The notes under the pieces are model-generated. The model worked only from the letters and a program-made list of their open reading frames with translations. It searched no databases and was not told where the DNA came from. Both the position numbers and the translations under genes were made by a program. A stretch of DNA of 64,000 bases. Origin: Candidatus Auribacterota bacterium (GTDB lineage Bacteria; Auribacterota; Tritonobacteria; UBA1439). Position 1 is the first letter of the stretch; each line of letters starts with the position of its first letter. Location of the stretch: assembly GCA_026392015.1 (NCBI GenBank), contig JAPLCW010000174.1, positions 1 to 64,000 of the forward strand. Direction: 5' to 3'. Shown here one piece after another: positions 36,856-46,621 of this stretch.

Positions 36856-37930
36856 GCCGTCCATTCACCAGATCGTCGCCGGATTCGTCGAGGGGGACGC
36901 GATCAGCAATCTCGCCGTACAGCTGCGGGAAATATTCAGGAACTGGGGATATGCGTCGGAAATCTTCTGCCCCCTGCGGCACATCGCCCCCAAGATGCGC
37001 AATATCGCTCTGGACCTCAGGGAACATAGAATCCGCAGCGCGCCGGGGGATATCATGGTGTTTCATTTTTCCATAGGGTCGGAGACGGTGGACTATTTCA
37101 AGAAACTCCCGGGGACAAAGATCCTCGTCTACCACAATATCACCCCGGGGCACTACTATCGCTCCATCTACGACGAGCGTGAGCTTCTCCTCACCAAGGG
37201 CAGGGAGGAGCTGAAGAACCTTGCCATGCTCCCCGATCTCTCGCTCGCCGATTCCGCATTCAACGCGCGGGAGCTCATGGACGCGGGATTCAAAAACGTG
37301 CATGTGATGCCGATCCTCCTCAGCCTGGAGCACCTGAACCGCCGTCCGGACAGGGGCATCCTCGCGCGCTACCGCGACGGGGTGAAGAACATCCTTTTCG
37401 TGGGAAGGGTCGTCCCGAACAAGAGGTTTGAGGATCTGATCAAGGCTCTCTACGCATATCGCGCGGCGGGACATCCCGAGGCGCGGCTTATTCTCGTAGG
37501 CGCTCATCTGGGCCTCGAACGCTATCTCGCCCTGCTCAGGAACCTCGTACGGGAACTCAAGCTCGACAACGTCACGTTTACCAATCATGTGAGGATCGAG
37601 CAGCTCTGCGCATACTATAGGGTTGCCGACCTCTTCCTCTGCATGAGCGAGCACGAGGGCTTCTGCATCCCCCTGCTCGAGGCGATGCATTTCGACATCC
37701 CCATTCTGGCATACCGCGCGGGGGCCGTACCGGAGACTCTCGGGGAAAGCGGCGTCCTGGTGAACGAGAAGGACTTCCCGCGGATCGCAGAGATGATGGA
37801 TATGCTCCTCCACAACCCCGCGCTGCGGGAGGGGATCGTGAGACGGCAGAGGGAGAGGCTCAAGGATTTTGCCCCCGACCGCCTCGAGGACCGGTTGAAA
37901 GGATATCTGAAACAATGGCTCACGCTCTGA
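36839..37930 (+). CDS. Family 4 glycosyltransferase (tandem paralog of 35761-36855)
   Basis: About 55% identity to the upstream GT4 (FVGRVVPNKRFEDLI...SEHEGFCIPLLEAMHFDIPILAYRAGAVPETLG). The starts overlap. Confidence 0.8.
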   Translation: MPRMPKPSIHQIVAGFVEGDAISNLAVQLREIFRNWGYASEIFCPLRHIAPKMRNIALDLREHRIRSAPGDIMVFHFSIGSETVDYFKKLPGTKILVYHNITPGHYYRSIYDERELLLTKGREELKNLAMLPDLSLADSAFNARELMDAGFKNVHVMPILLSLEHLNRRPDRGILARYRDGVKNILFVGRVVPNKRFEDLIKALYAYRAAGHPEARLILVGAHLGLERYLALLRNLVRELKLDNVTFTNHVRIEQLCAYYRVADLFLCMSEHEGFCIPLLEAMHFDIPILAYRAGAVPETLGESGVLVNEKDFPRIAEMMDMLLHNPALREGIVRRQRERLKDFAPDRLEDRLKGYLKQWLTL

Positions 37931-40428
37931 AGATACTGCTCTCCTTTCCCTTGCTCTTCCTGGCCCCGGGATTCTTCATTCTCCATTTTTTAAAGTCGCG
38001 CGGAAGAATGCCCGCATCGCTCGACTCCCGCTTCCCCGAACGGCTCTACTTCACCGTGCTCACGAGCGTCGCGGTCACCTCGTGGATCGCGCTCATCCTC
38101 GCGCAGATCGGCTTCTTTTCGCTGCCGGCGGTGTGCGCCATCCTTCTCGCCATCTCCCTCGCGTTCGGAATTCTTTCAAGAGGCGCCCCGTGGACGTTCC
38201 CCAGGCCGCCCGCCGGCTCCTGCGTTATTGCCGCGCTCTTTGCGTGCATCGGACTTTTCCTCTACACGCCGCCGTACGAATATGTGCTCGGGATATGGGA
38301 CCCCGGTGTCTATGTGAATGCGGGCGCTCACCTCGCGCGGACCGGCTCCATCATCATCCACGACCGCATCCTTCCGCAGATACCCGCCCCCGATCGCGAG
38401 CTCTTCTACGACACGCGGTTCTACCCGCAGCGCTACGAGGGGATGGCGATCGCAGACGCGGAAAAAGGGATCATCTCGCCGCACTTCTACCACCTCTATA
38501 TAGTCTGGATAGGACTGTTTCACGCGATCGGCGGGCTGAAATTCTCTCTTCTGGTGAATACCGTCTTCGGACTCCTCTCCCTCTCCGCGTTCTTCCTTCT
38601 CGGCAAGGAGCTCGCCGGGAAAAGAACAGCGTTCCTTGCGGCGCTCCTCCTCCTGTTCAGCGCGGCTCAGACATGGGCGGTGAGGTTTCCCACCTCGGAG
38701 ATCCTCGCCCAGTTTTTTCTCCTCTCCTGGCTCCTCTGCCTCCTCCGTCCTCGGGATGACACGAGCAACTTCTGGACTCTCCTCGGGGGAGTCTGCTTTG
38801 CAGAGGCGCTACTCACGGTGTTCACCGCAGTCACCCTTGTACCCCTCTTCATTGTGGTCATCTTCTGGCGCACCTGGGATGGATCGCGCAGGGGCTATCT
38901 GCTTTCGCTCATCCCGCTTGGGGGCGGCCTGCTCCATCTCGCCATCCAGGATGCGACGGTCTGCCGGTCGTATGCCGCGCTTCAGTTTCAGATCCTCCGC
39001 TCCGAGGGCCTTTCCCCCGCGTTGCTCCTCGCATCCGCGCTTATCCTCCTGCTCTCCCTCCTCTCCGCGCACAGATGGATGAAGCGGCTCCAGACTCGCC
39101 TTCGCCGCATCTTCGGAACGGCGGCATTCGGGGCGCTCCTCGGCTCCGTTCTGATCGGTCTCTTCGCATTCGCGTACTACCTGCGGCCGCTCCTCAGCGG
39201 CGCAGCGGACGTGCGCAATCTGCGTGAGCTCGGCTGGTTCCTCTATCCGCTCGCGGCGGGGAAATTTTATTTCCCCGCAGGTCTTTACCTAGCCCTCGCC
39301 GGAGTCCTGCTTTTCATCCGCGGACGATCAGACGAGAAATGGGGGGCGTTTATCTTCATTTCGCTCATCGCCTCCGTCATCCTGTTGCACAGGAAGATGA
39401 TCTTTCCTTCCTATCCATGGGCGATGCGGCGCTACATGCCGCTTGTCTATCCCTCGCTCATTTTCTTCACGGCGTTCGCTCTGGCGCGGCTCTCCGGGCG
39501 AAAGGGAATAGGGACTCCGGCGGCGGTTGCGCTCGCGGCCCTCCTTATCCTCCCCACGCAGCGCACCTACGGGCGGTATGTGCGCCCCACGGAATTCTCC
39601 GGGACCATAGATTTCCTCGGGCGACTTGCCGGCCGGCTGGACCGCGGCGGCGTCTATATCTGCGAGGGGAGCGGGATGGCCGCGCCGCTCGACTGCGTCT
39701 ACGGACTGGATATGCTCCATCTCCGCGCCCAGACACCCGAGAAATGCCGCGGGGTGGAGCGCGTGATCGGACAGCTCATCGGCACGGGGCGGAAGGTATA
39801 CTACATTTCGCGCGACGGCTGGCCCATTTCCCGCACCCTCAATTTCATTCCCCTCTTTTCCCTGCCGCTCAGGACGGATCATCTCGACTATACCATCGGG
39901 GGCTTCTCGGGGAGGCGTGTTCCTCTTGAGATTGATGCGCGGGTATTTCGCGTTGCGCCGCTCGGCGGCTCCCCCGAGGCGGATGGGGAGAGCAGGACAA
40001 CTGACATCGGTGAGGATTGCTTCGGCCTCATCGGAGGATTTGAGGAGATGATGCCTCTTTCGGGGAAGGAAGGCGGGAAAAGGGTCAAACGCTGGGGCCG
40101 GTGGACGCGGGGGGAGGCGGAGGTCGTGATCCCGACATTCGGATCGCGCAACGACCTTTCCCTTATTCTCAGGGCGTCGGCAGGGAGAGAGAGGCCGGCG
40201 GCCCAGGTGCCGGTTAAAATCTCTGTCGATGGAAAGGAAGTCGGGATCCTGGACATAGGGAGGGCGTGGGGCGAGTATGGGGTCACGTTCCCGGCATCGG
40301 CCCTTCCTGGCAATAGTGACAGGGCAGTCCTGAAAATATCCTGCCCTGTCTGGAATCCACCCGGGAATAATCCGGGGGGAGTGGGGATATGCATCGACTG
40401 GATCCGGGTCGCGCCGTTCAAAAAATAA
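37915..40428 (+). CDS. Large polytopic membrane protein (837 aa), probably a glycan-processing or lipid-linked-sugar transferase; family unresolved
   Basis: About 13 hydrophobic helices in the first 600 aa, then a soluble C-terminal domain. It sits in the GT cluster and overlaps the preceding GT4 stop. Confidence 0.55.
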   Translation: MAHALKILLSFPLLFLAPGFFILHFLKSRGRMPASLDSRFPERLYFTVLTSVAVTSWIALILAQIGFFSLPAVCAILLAISLAFGILSRGAPWTFPRPPAGSCVIAALFACIGLFLYTPPYEYVLGIWDPGVYVNAGAHLARTGSIIIHDRILPQIPAPDRELFYDTRFYPQRYEGMAIADAEKGIISPHFYHLYIVWIGLFHAIGGLKFSLLVNTVFGLLSLSAFFLLGKELAGKRTAFLAALLLLFSAAQTWAVRFPTSEILAQFFLLSWLLCLLRPRDDTSNFWTLLGGVCFAEALLTVFTAVTLVPLFIVVIFWRTWDGSRRGYLLSLIPLGGGLLHLAIQDATVCRSYAALQFQILRSEGLSPALLLASALILLLSLLSAHRWMKRLQTRLRRIFGTAAFGALLGSVLIGLFAFAYYLRPLLSGAADVRNLRELGWFLYPLAAGKFYFPAGLYLALAGVLLFIRGRSDEKWGAFIFISLIASVILLHRKMIFPSYPWAMRRYMPLVYPSLIFFTAFALARLSGRKGIGTPAAVALAALLILPTQRTYGRYVRPTEFSGTIDFLGRLAGRLDRGGVYICEGSGMAAPLDCVYGLDMLHLRAQTPEKCRGVERVIGQLIGTGRKVYYISRDGWPISRTLNFIPLFSLPLRTDHLDYTIGGFSGRRVPLEIDARVFRVAPLGGSPEADGESRTTDIGEDCFGLIGGFEEMMPLSGKEGGKRVKRWGRWTRGEAEVVIPTFGSRNDLSLILRASAGRERPAAQVPVKISVDGKEVGILDIGRAWGEYGVTFPASALPGNSDRAVLKISCPVWNPPGNNPGGVGICIDWIRVAPFKK

Positions 40429-40477
40429 CCGCGGATTGGGCGGATGAAAACATTAAATCTTATTAACTGCTCGGGTG

Positions 40478-40650
40478 GTCAGAAGACAGAATCCAGGAGT
40501 CAGAATCCAGAATGGAAAAGCAAGAATACAGAATCCGGAATACAGAATTAAGAATAACGACATTTCAAGGAAACGTTTATCTCCTGTCTCCTGAATTCTG
40601 TATTCTGTCTTCTGAATTCTGGCTCCTGACTCCTGAATTCTGACTCCTGA
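40478..40650. repeat. MITE-like palindromic element, copy C
   Basis: Same core and heptamer arms as copies A and B. Confidence 0.8.
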
Positions 40651-40675
40651 GCAGTTACAAATCTTAAAGGATAAT

Positions 40676-41656
40676 GTGATGCAAAAGAAAGCTGCTCTGC
40701 TCCTGTGCCTGCTCCTGGCGCTCGTTCTCTGCATGTGCGGGCGAACCTATGTGACGCTCGAGAACCGCTTCACCCGCGGAGAGGGGCGCCGCTACCTGCT
40801 CTCCATGAAGCTGGAGGGGACAACCCGCATCGCAGGGCTCCCGGGCCAGCGTGCAGCCTCCGAATCGCCGATGAAGATCGAGATGGAGCTTGCGTATGAA
40901 ACGAGCGTGAAAGATGTCAACCCAAAAGGGATCGCGGAGATTGAAACCAGTTTCGAGCAATTCAGATCCCTGACGGAGAGCGGGGAGATGAAGATACGGA
41001 TCGAGGCCGACGAGAAGGGGGCAAGGCTCATCCAGGGAGAGACAGTGACCAAAGACGCCCCCGGCCTCGACGGCATACGGGCGCTCTTTAAAAATCCCAC
41101 GATTCTGACGATGGACAAACGGGGGAAAATCCTCTCAGTCACCGCGCCGGCGAGTTCGGAGGCGCTCTTGCCTCACACAGACCTCACGAGCCTCCTCACG
41201 CAGAGCCAGTGCCTCCTCCCCGAGGGTCCTGTTGCGGTGGGGAGTTCGTGGAGTGAGAAACGCGATATCATCCCGGGAGAGGGGACCGGCGTACTGGCCC
41301 CCACGGCCAAGGCCCTCGTTTTGAATGTCACATGCACGCTCGCGGGAATAGCGGAGCAGGCCGGCCGTCGCTGCGCGGAGATAAAACTCCGTGGAGACAC
41401 CAACGTCGCGAACATTCCCCTCCAGATGTCCCGGACGGAGACCCCGCAAGAAACAAAAACGGTGCTTGACCGCCTGAACGAGAGCCTTCTCGGCGTTATC
41501 CACTTTGATCAGGAAAAGGGCTGTCTCCTGAACATGCATACTGATACGCAACAAGAGATGGCGATGACAACGACCCCCCTCACCGGCGAACAGAACTTGA
41601 AATTCACCGTGGAAACATCAATGAAGATCAGCATGGACGTGAAGTTGAAAGAATAG
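40676..41656 (+). CDS. Hypothetical secreted protein / lipoprotein
   Basis: Signal peptide MMQKKAALLLCLLLALVLCMCG with a possible lipobox. No recognised domain. Confidence 0.5.
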   Translation: MMQKKAALLLCLLLALVLCMCGRTYVTLENRFTRGEGRRYLLSMKLEGTTRIAGLPGQRAASESPMKIEMELAYETSVKDVNPKGIAEIETSFEQFRSLTESGEMKIRIEADEKGARLIQGETVTKDAPGLDGIRALFKNPTILTMDKRGKILSVTAPASSEALLPHTDLTSLLTQSQCLLPEGPVAVGSSWSEKRDIIPGEGTGVLAPTAKALVLNVTCTLAGIAEQAGRRCAEIKLRGDTNVANIPLQMSRTETPQETKTVLDRLNESLLGVIHFDQEKGCLLNMHTDTQQEMAMTTTPLTGEQNLKFTVETSMKISMDVKLKE

Positions 41657-42059
41657 GCCCCCGCCCGATCCGGTTATATCAACTATTAATGTTTTTAACC
41701 GCGGATTATGCTGATTACGCGGATTCTTGTTTGGGCTCTTGCAGGATTTTTGTGAATAAGTAGATGGGAGGACGCTACATAACATCCTATTCGCAATTAA
41801 GATATTGCTGAGCCGCCATCCCGTATGCCCTCTCCCCTCCGAAGGGGAGAGGCATGGTGAGGGGTGAATCCGCATGGACCACCTTCACACCCCCACCCTC
41901 GCCCTCCCCCTTCGGAGGGGGAGGGGTATGGCCCACGTCCTTTCTTCACAAAAATCTGGCTTGAGCCCTTGTTTGTAATCCGCCCAATCCGCGAAATCCG
42001 CGGTTTCATGCCTTGATCTGCTGAAATTACCTATGTATATTTCTGAATAATAACCCGGA

Positions 42060-45000
42060 CTAGACGCTCACCTTTTCGATGGTGCGGCGGAGGCGGCGGC
42101 AGAACTCCTCGCACATCATGATCGAAACCCCGGGGTACTCCCTGAGCATGTCCCTGAACTCCTGCTTGTAGATTGCGAGGGCCCTCACATCGCCGTCGGC
42201 AATCGCACTCGCCGAGCGGGGAGAGTCGTCAAAGAGCGCCATTTCACCGAAGTAGTCGTTCTCCTTGAGGGTCGCAAGGTGGACACGCTCCCCTGCCGCT
42301 CCTGACACGATGCGCACAACGCCGGAGACAATGATGTACATGCTGTCTCCCCGCTCCCCTTCTTTCACGATCTCGTCGCCTACGTGGAACGACTCTTCAC
42401 GCGATATAGACGCGATCGCAAGCAGCTCCTTGAAGTGCAGGTGCGAAAAGATCGGAATCCCTTTTAGCGTCAGAACCTTTTCCATGAGGTCTTCCACGGA
42501 TTGTCCTCCTTTTACCTTCAACCCCTCCTCCACCTTCGATGCCATCTCCCGCAACCGGGCAGTGAGCGCCGGACTTCCTTTTTCTCGCGCTTCGGCTATA
42601 CACATCAGCGCACACATTTTTTCAGCGGTGTTCTCCGATTTCAACATCTCCTCGAGCACGGCGCCGAGATCCATCGCCTCGGCGCCGTAGTATCCCTTCC
42701 CCGCGGCACATTTCATCTCGATCGGCAGATCCTCGAGCAGCGGGAGCAGGCGGCGGGCGAGATAAGGGGTGAGCACATCCTCAAGCGCCTCGAGGGCGTG
42801 CTCCCGTACCGACTCCTCGCGATCGTGGTAGCGTTCGAGAATAAACTGCATACGGCTGCCCTTGAGGAGCAGGCCGAGTGCGCGAAAAATCTCATAGATC
42901 GCCTCGCCAAGTCTATTCTGGAGCAGCAACGAGACAACCTCGCAGGACCTCCCCGCCGGAAGCTCATCGAGCACCCGCATCCGCGCAACCGTCCGGTACC
43001 CCTCGCGCACCTTGTCATCGATGAAAGCCAGCAGTGTCTGCTCCTTGACGCCGAGCTGGTCGAGGATCCCGATCAACGCCGTCCGCGTGAAAAGCCCCGC
43101 GGCGGGAAGCGCTTCCGTGAGCAGCGGGATCGCCCCCTCGCCCTGGCGGACAATGAGCGATCGCGCGGCCGCGCGCACCGCCCCGTCCTCATCGCCGAGC
43201 AAACGAATCACACGCCGGGCCGCCCCCGGCGTGCCGAGGGCATCGAGTCCCTCGACAGCCTTGAGCCGGACAATCGCCTCCCGGTCGTTGAGGAGCCCCT
43301 CCCACATATCGGCGGCTGCATCGACGCCGAGCTTCCCGACCGCGAGCGCGCACTCCGCCCTCACCGCAACCTCCCGGGAATCGAGGAGCGGATAGAGCTG
43401 CGGCAGGACCTCACGATCTCCCGTCTCTCCAATAAAATACAGCGCGCTGCATACCTCGTCTGCCTCATGCGAATGAAGCTTCGAGAGAGCCCACGCCTCG
43501 TCAACATTCTCGCCCACCGCCTTTAGCCCGAGGATCGATTCCGCGACGAGCTGGGGGTTCTCACTCTTCGCCCATTTTCGAAAGAGGTCCCGCCCCCTCT
43601 CCGGAGCAACCCTCCGCACAATGCGCGCCACCTCTGTCCGCGCGGCCTCATGGACCCTGTCGGCGACGCAGAGCATAGCCTCCGCAACCTCCCCCGGAGG
43701 CGCCGCCCCGACGATTCTGAGCATCTCGATCTGTACCGCTCCCTCGCGGCGGGGCAGCTCGGCGCAGACGAGCTCCGGCCACCCGGGAATCCCTGACTGG
43801 CTCAGGAGCCTCGCCGCCATGAGGGCGGTCCCGGCATCCTCGCTCGAGAGGCCTTTCGAGAGCAGTCTCACGCTCTCACGCGTCATGAGCGAGCAGAGGT
43901 CGCGGCTCTCGAGTTCGGCGAAGTTCACATGTTTCTCGCTCAGGCTGCGGTAGAGGATCGCGGAGTAGGAGCGCCGCAGGAAATAGGTGGAAAGAACCCA
44001 TAGCAGCGCAAAGACCGGTCCCACAAGCGTGAGGCTATGCGCGGGGATGAAGAGGATCAGCACCCATAGCATCCCGCTCCCCGCCAGCTCGCCCAGTCTC
44101 CGGACAGCCCCCTGCACCAGCGCGCTCACCCTGCCGCGGAACTCCATCGGGATGATGTTGTAGAGCATCTGGCATCCGGGCTTGTAGAATGCCGCATCGA
44201 TCACCTCAAGGCTCGCATCTCCCACAATCGCCGTGGGCATCCGGAAGTGGAGGCAGAGAGCCACAAAGCTCAGAAAGTATCCGCAGGGATACGTGAAAAG
44301 GACATTGACGATCCCGTAGCGCCTGAAGACACTGCCCGCGCACACGATCTGAAAGATAAGGACGAGGAGATTGTACGAGCCGTTGTATATGCCGAAAAAC
44401 CCGAGGAGCGACGACTCCGAACGAAAGGTCTGATTTGCGAGGTATTTGAATATATACTCGAACAGCGGCCCCAGGATGCCGGGGAGGAGGGCAAGGAGCA
44501 TGAGGTAGTTCAGAAGCGAGGAGCCGCGGATCTGGAAGAGCTCCCTCCTGAAGAACTTGCCGAGGGAGGCGATCGTAACTTCCTCCTTGGGAGAGTAGCT
44601 GAGAGGCGAGAGTCGGGCAACCTGGCGGCGGCCGAAGCCTATGAGCAGGTAGGAGATGAGCATTCCCGCCGCGGAGAAGAGCACCACATTATCCGTTCCC
44701 GTGACCCGGGCGATCTGCGCGCTGAGCATGCTCCCGGAGATTGTGCCCAAAACCGCCCCTCCGCCAATGAGTGGGAAGAGCCTGCGCGCCTTGCGCGTCG
44801 AGTAGATATCAGATGCGAGGGTCCAGAAGACGATGAAAAAGACATACTTCATCTGCTTGACCGCGATGTAGGTCACCGGATACGCCAATGGCAGGCCTGA
44901 GAGGATCAGGAGCCTCAACCCCGCGAGGGTGACTGCATACAGGAGCAGGAGCTGTGAGACGAGGCGAGTGCGCGCGCAACGGTCCACCACGCGATGCAGC

Positions 45001-45209
45001 AGAAGCAGGAGAACCAGGAATACCAGGGAATTTAAAAAAAACGTCGTCGGCAGATATCGGACCCCGTAGCGCTTTAAGAACACAGTGGCAGAAAAATTCT
45101 CATTGAGGATCTGGCAGAACTGGAAGAGCGCGATGGTCCCCATCATGAGGAGCAAGAGAGGCTGCTCCTGGCGCCGTGTCCGGAGCACTCGTTCCAGCGA
45201 GAGCTTCAT
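42060..45209 (-). CDS. Fusion protein: 12-TM MFS/TLC-like transporter, HEAT (PBS-lyase-type) repeats, C-terminal cyclic-nucleotide-binding domain
   Basis: N-terminal ~450 aa are polytopic. The middle has HEAT-like repeats (SREVAVRAECALAVGKLG..., DREAIVRLKAVEGLDALG, EDGAVRAAARSLI). The C-terminus has the cNMP-binding signature (GDSMYIIVSGVVRI...FGEMALFDDSPRSASAIA). Confidence 0.75.
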   Translation of the reverse strand: MKLSLERVLRTRRQEQPLLLLMMGTIALFQFCQILNENFSATVFLKRYGVRYLPTTFFLNSLVFLVLLLLLHRVVDRCARTRLVSQLLLLYAVTLAGLRLLILSGLPLAYPVTYIAVKQMKYVFFIVFWTLASDIYSTRKARRLFPLIGGGAVLGTISGSMLSAQIARVTGTDNVVLFSAAGMLISYLLIGFGRRQVARLSPLSYSPKEEVTIASLGKFFRRELFQIRGSSLLNYLMLLALLPGILGPLFEYIFKYLANQTFRSESSLLGFFGIYNGSYNLLVLIFQIVCAGSVFRRYGIVNVLFTYPCGYFLSFVALCLHFRMPTAIVGDASLEVIDAAFYKPGCQMLYNIIPMEFRGRVSALVQGAVRRLGELAGSGMLWVLILFIPAHSLTLVGPVFALLWVLSTYFLRRSYSAILYRSLSEKHVNFAELESRDLCSLMTRESVRLLSKGLSSEDAGTALMAARLLSQSGIPGWPELVCAELPRREGAVQIEMLRIVGAAPPGEVAEAMLCVADRVHEAARTEVARIVRRVAPERGRDLFRKWAKSENPQLVAESILGLKAVGENVDEAWALSKLHSHEADEVCSALYFIGETGDREVLPQLYPLLDSREVAVRAECALAVGKLGVDAAADMWEGLLNDREAIVRLKAVEGLDALGTPGAARRVIRLLGDEDGAVRAAARSLIVRQGEGAIPLLTEALPAAGLFTRTALIGILDQLGVKEQTLLAFIDDKVREGYRTVARMRVLDELPAGRSCEVVSLLLQNRLGEAIYEIFRALGLLLKGSRMQFILERYHDREESVREHALEALEDVLTPYLARRLLPLLEDLPIEMKCAAGKGYYGAEAMDLGAVLEEMLKSENTAEKMCALMCIAEAREKGSPALTARLREMASKVEEGLKVKGGQSVEDLMEKVLTLKGIPIFSHLHFKELLAIASISREESFHVGDEIVKEGERGDSMYIIVSGVVRIVSGAAGERVHLATLKENDYFGEMALFDDSPRSASAIADGDVRALAIYKQEFRDMLREYPGVSIMMCEEFCRRLRRTIEKVSV

Positions 45210-46594
45210 CGGGAGCTTTCCCCCTCCGCACGCGCTCCATTGTCCCCGGCGGGCGCGATCCCGAACTCCCGGAGAATGCTGTGCCGCCGATCGAGCAGAG
45301 TCCGGAAGATATAGTCCGAATCCTCCTTCCTCGTATACGACGCGAGATTAACCACTGTGCGGATCTGATCTTCGCTGTATCTCGCCAGCAGGCGCGCCGC
45401 CCAGAGGCCGTCATCCCTCGTCATGGCCATCCATGCCATGTTCGGATAATTCGCCCTGTAGCAGAGCGCGCTCACGTTGCTGTCGAAGAAGCCTACCGCC
45501 TCGCTGTACGTGGTAGTGTTCTCCTGGTACGGCCTCCGGATCAGTCCCAGGAGCCTGAGCGGGCGCTTCACCGGCCAGGAGAAGAACTCTCCGAAATCGA
45601 CATAGTGTTCCCAGCCATCCCTGGGCTCCTTGGTGCGCACATTCCAGCTTCCGAGCGAACCCCCGAAATCGAAGATGTAGTATCGTACGAGGGGCACCCC
45701 CTCCACATCCACCACACTGATTCCCGTATTATGGTCCACCCAATCGGTGTTGTGGATCCATGCCCCGAAAACCTTGGTGGCCCTGATCTCGCGGCGATCC
45801 CTGAAGGCGTGGTATGACCAGTGCCCCTTGTAGCCCTCGACGAGCCTGGTGACGACCCCGCGCTTGCCGTCGAATTCCGGATTGCCCGTCCCCTGGATTG
45901 TAATGATCGCGCTCAGGGGGACATAGTAGCCCGCCATACGCACCAGGGTGCCCCCGACCACCTCGGCGCTCGTCTCCTGCTCCTGCATCATCGGCGGATC
46001 GATGATGCAGATGTAGTCCCATCCCCGCTCATCCTTGGCAAGAAATCCCTCGGACTTCCCCTCTCCCTTCTTCCCGGTGATCGTGAGCTTCCCATGCGGT
46101 TTCACGAGCGTGTCCGCCTCGATGAGCTCGGCGGGAGTAATCGATGCGATGTCGGTGTTGATGAAGAATGCCGAGTCGGGAACACCCCCGTCCCGTGTCA
46201 GATCCCCCGCTTGTTTCGGAAGACGCACAAACCTGCGCACCATCCTCCGCGGATCGATCACACGAAGAAAATCCCAGTAGATGCTGTTGGCGAACCAGGA
46301 CCCGTCAATAAACCAATCCCCGAATATGTCCTCCGTCTCTCCCCTCTTCCCGATAAAGGTCCTGTAGTCGATCTTATCCCTTACGAGATCCTGGCTCAGC
46401 TTCCCGCAGCGCTCCCGGAGTTCCGCGCGCCGCCCGGAATCGGTGGATGCGGCGACTTCGCTCTTGCACTTCGAGAATCCGGCGACGCGCTTCATGATTG
46501 CATCGACTTTTTTGTCGGGGTCCCACGCGGCATGGAGACTCCCCACCACTATCATCGCCAGTACGATAACTATTCCTGTATCTCTCCGCTTCAT
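45206..46594 (-). CDS. Hypothetical secreted protein (462 aa)
   Basis: Signal peptide MKRRDTGIVIVLAMIVVGSLHA. Its 3' end overlaps the downstream gene by 4 nt. Confidence 0.55.
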   Translation of the reverse strand: MKRRDTGIVIVLAMIVVGSLHAAWDPDKKVDAIMKRVAGFSKCKSEVAASTDSGRRAELRERCGKLSQDLVRDKIDYRTFIGKRGETEDIFGDWFIDGSWFANSIYWDFLRVIDPRRMVRRFVRLPKQAGDLTRDGGVPDSAFFINTDIASITPAELIEADTLVKPHGKLTITGKKGEGKSEGFLAKDERGWDYICIIDPPMMQEQETSAEVVGGTLVRMAGYYVPLSAIITIQGTGNPEFDGKRGVVTRLVEGYKGHWSYHAFRDRREIRATKVFGAWIHNTDWVDHNTGISVVDVEGVPLVRYYIFDFGGSLGSWNVRTKEPRDGWEHYVDFGEFFSWPVKRPLRLLGLIRRPYQENTTTYSEAVGFFDSNVSALCYRANYPNMAWMAMTRDDGLWAARLLARYSEDQIRTVVNLASYTRKEDSDYIFRTLLDRRHSILREFGIAPAGDNGARAEGESSR

Positions 46595-46621
46595 GATTAT
46601 CGTTTCCTCCCCTGGGTGTGA

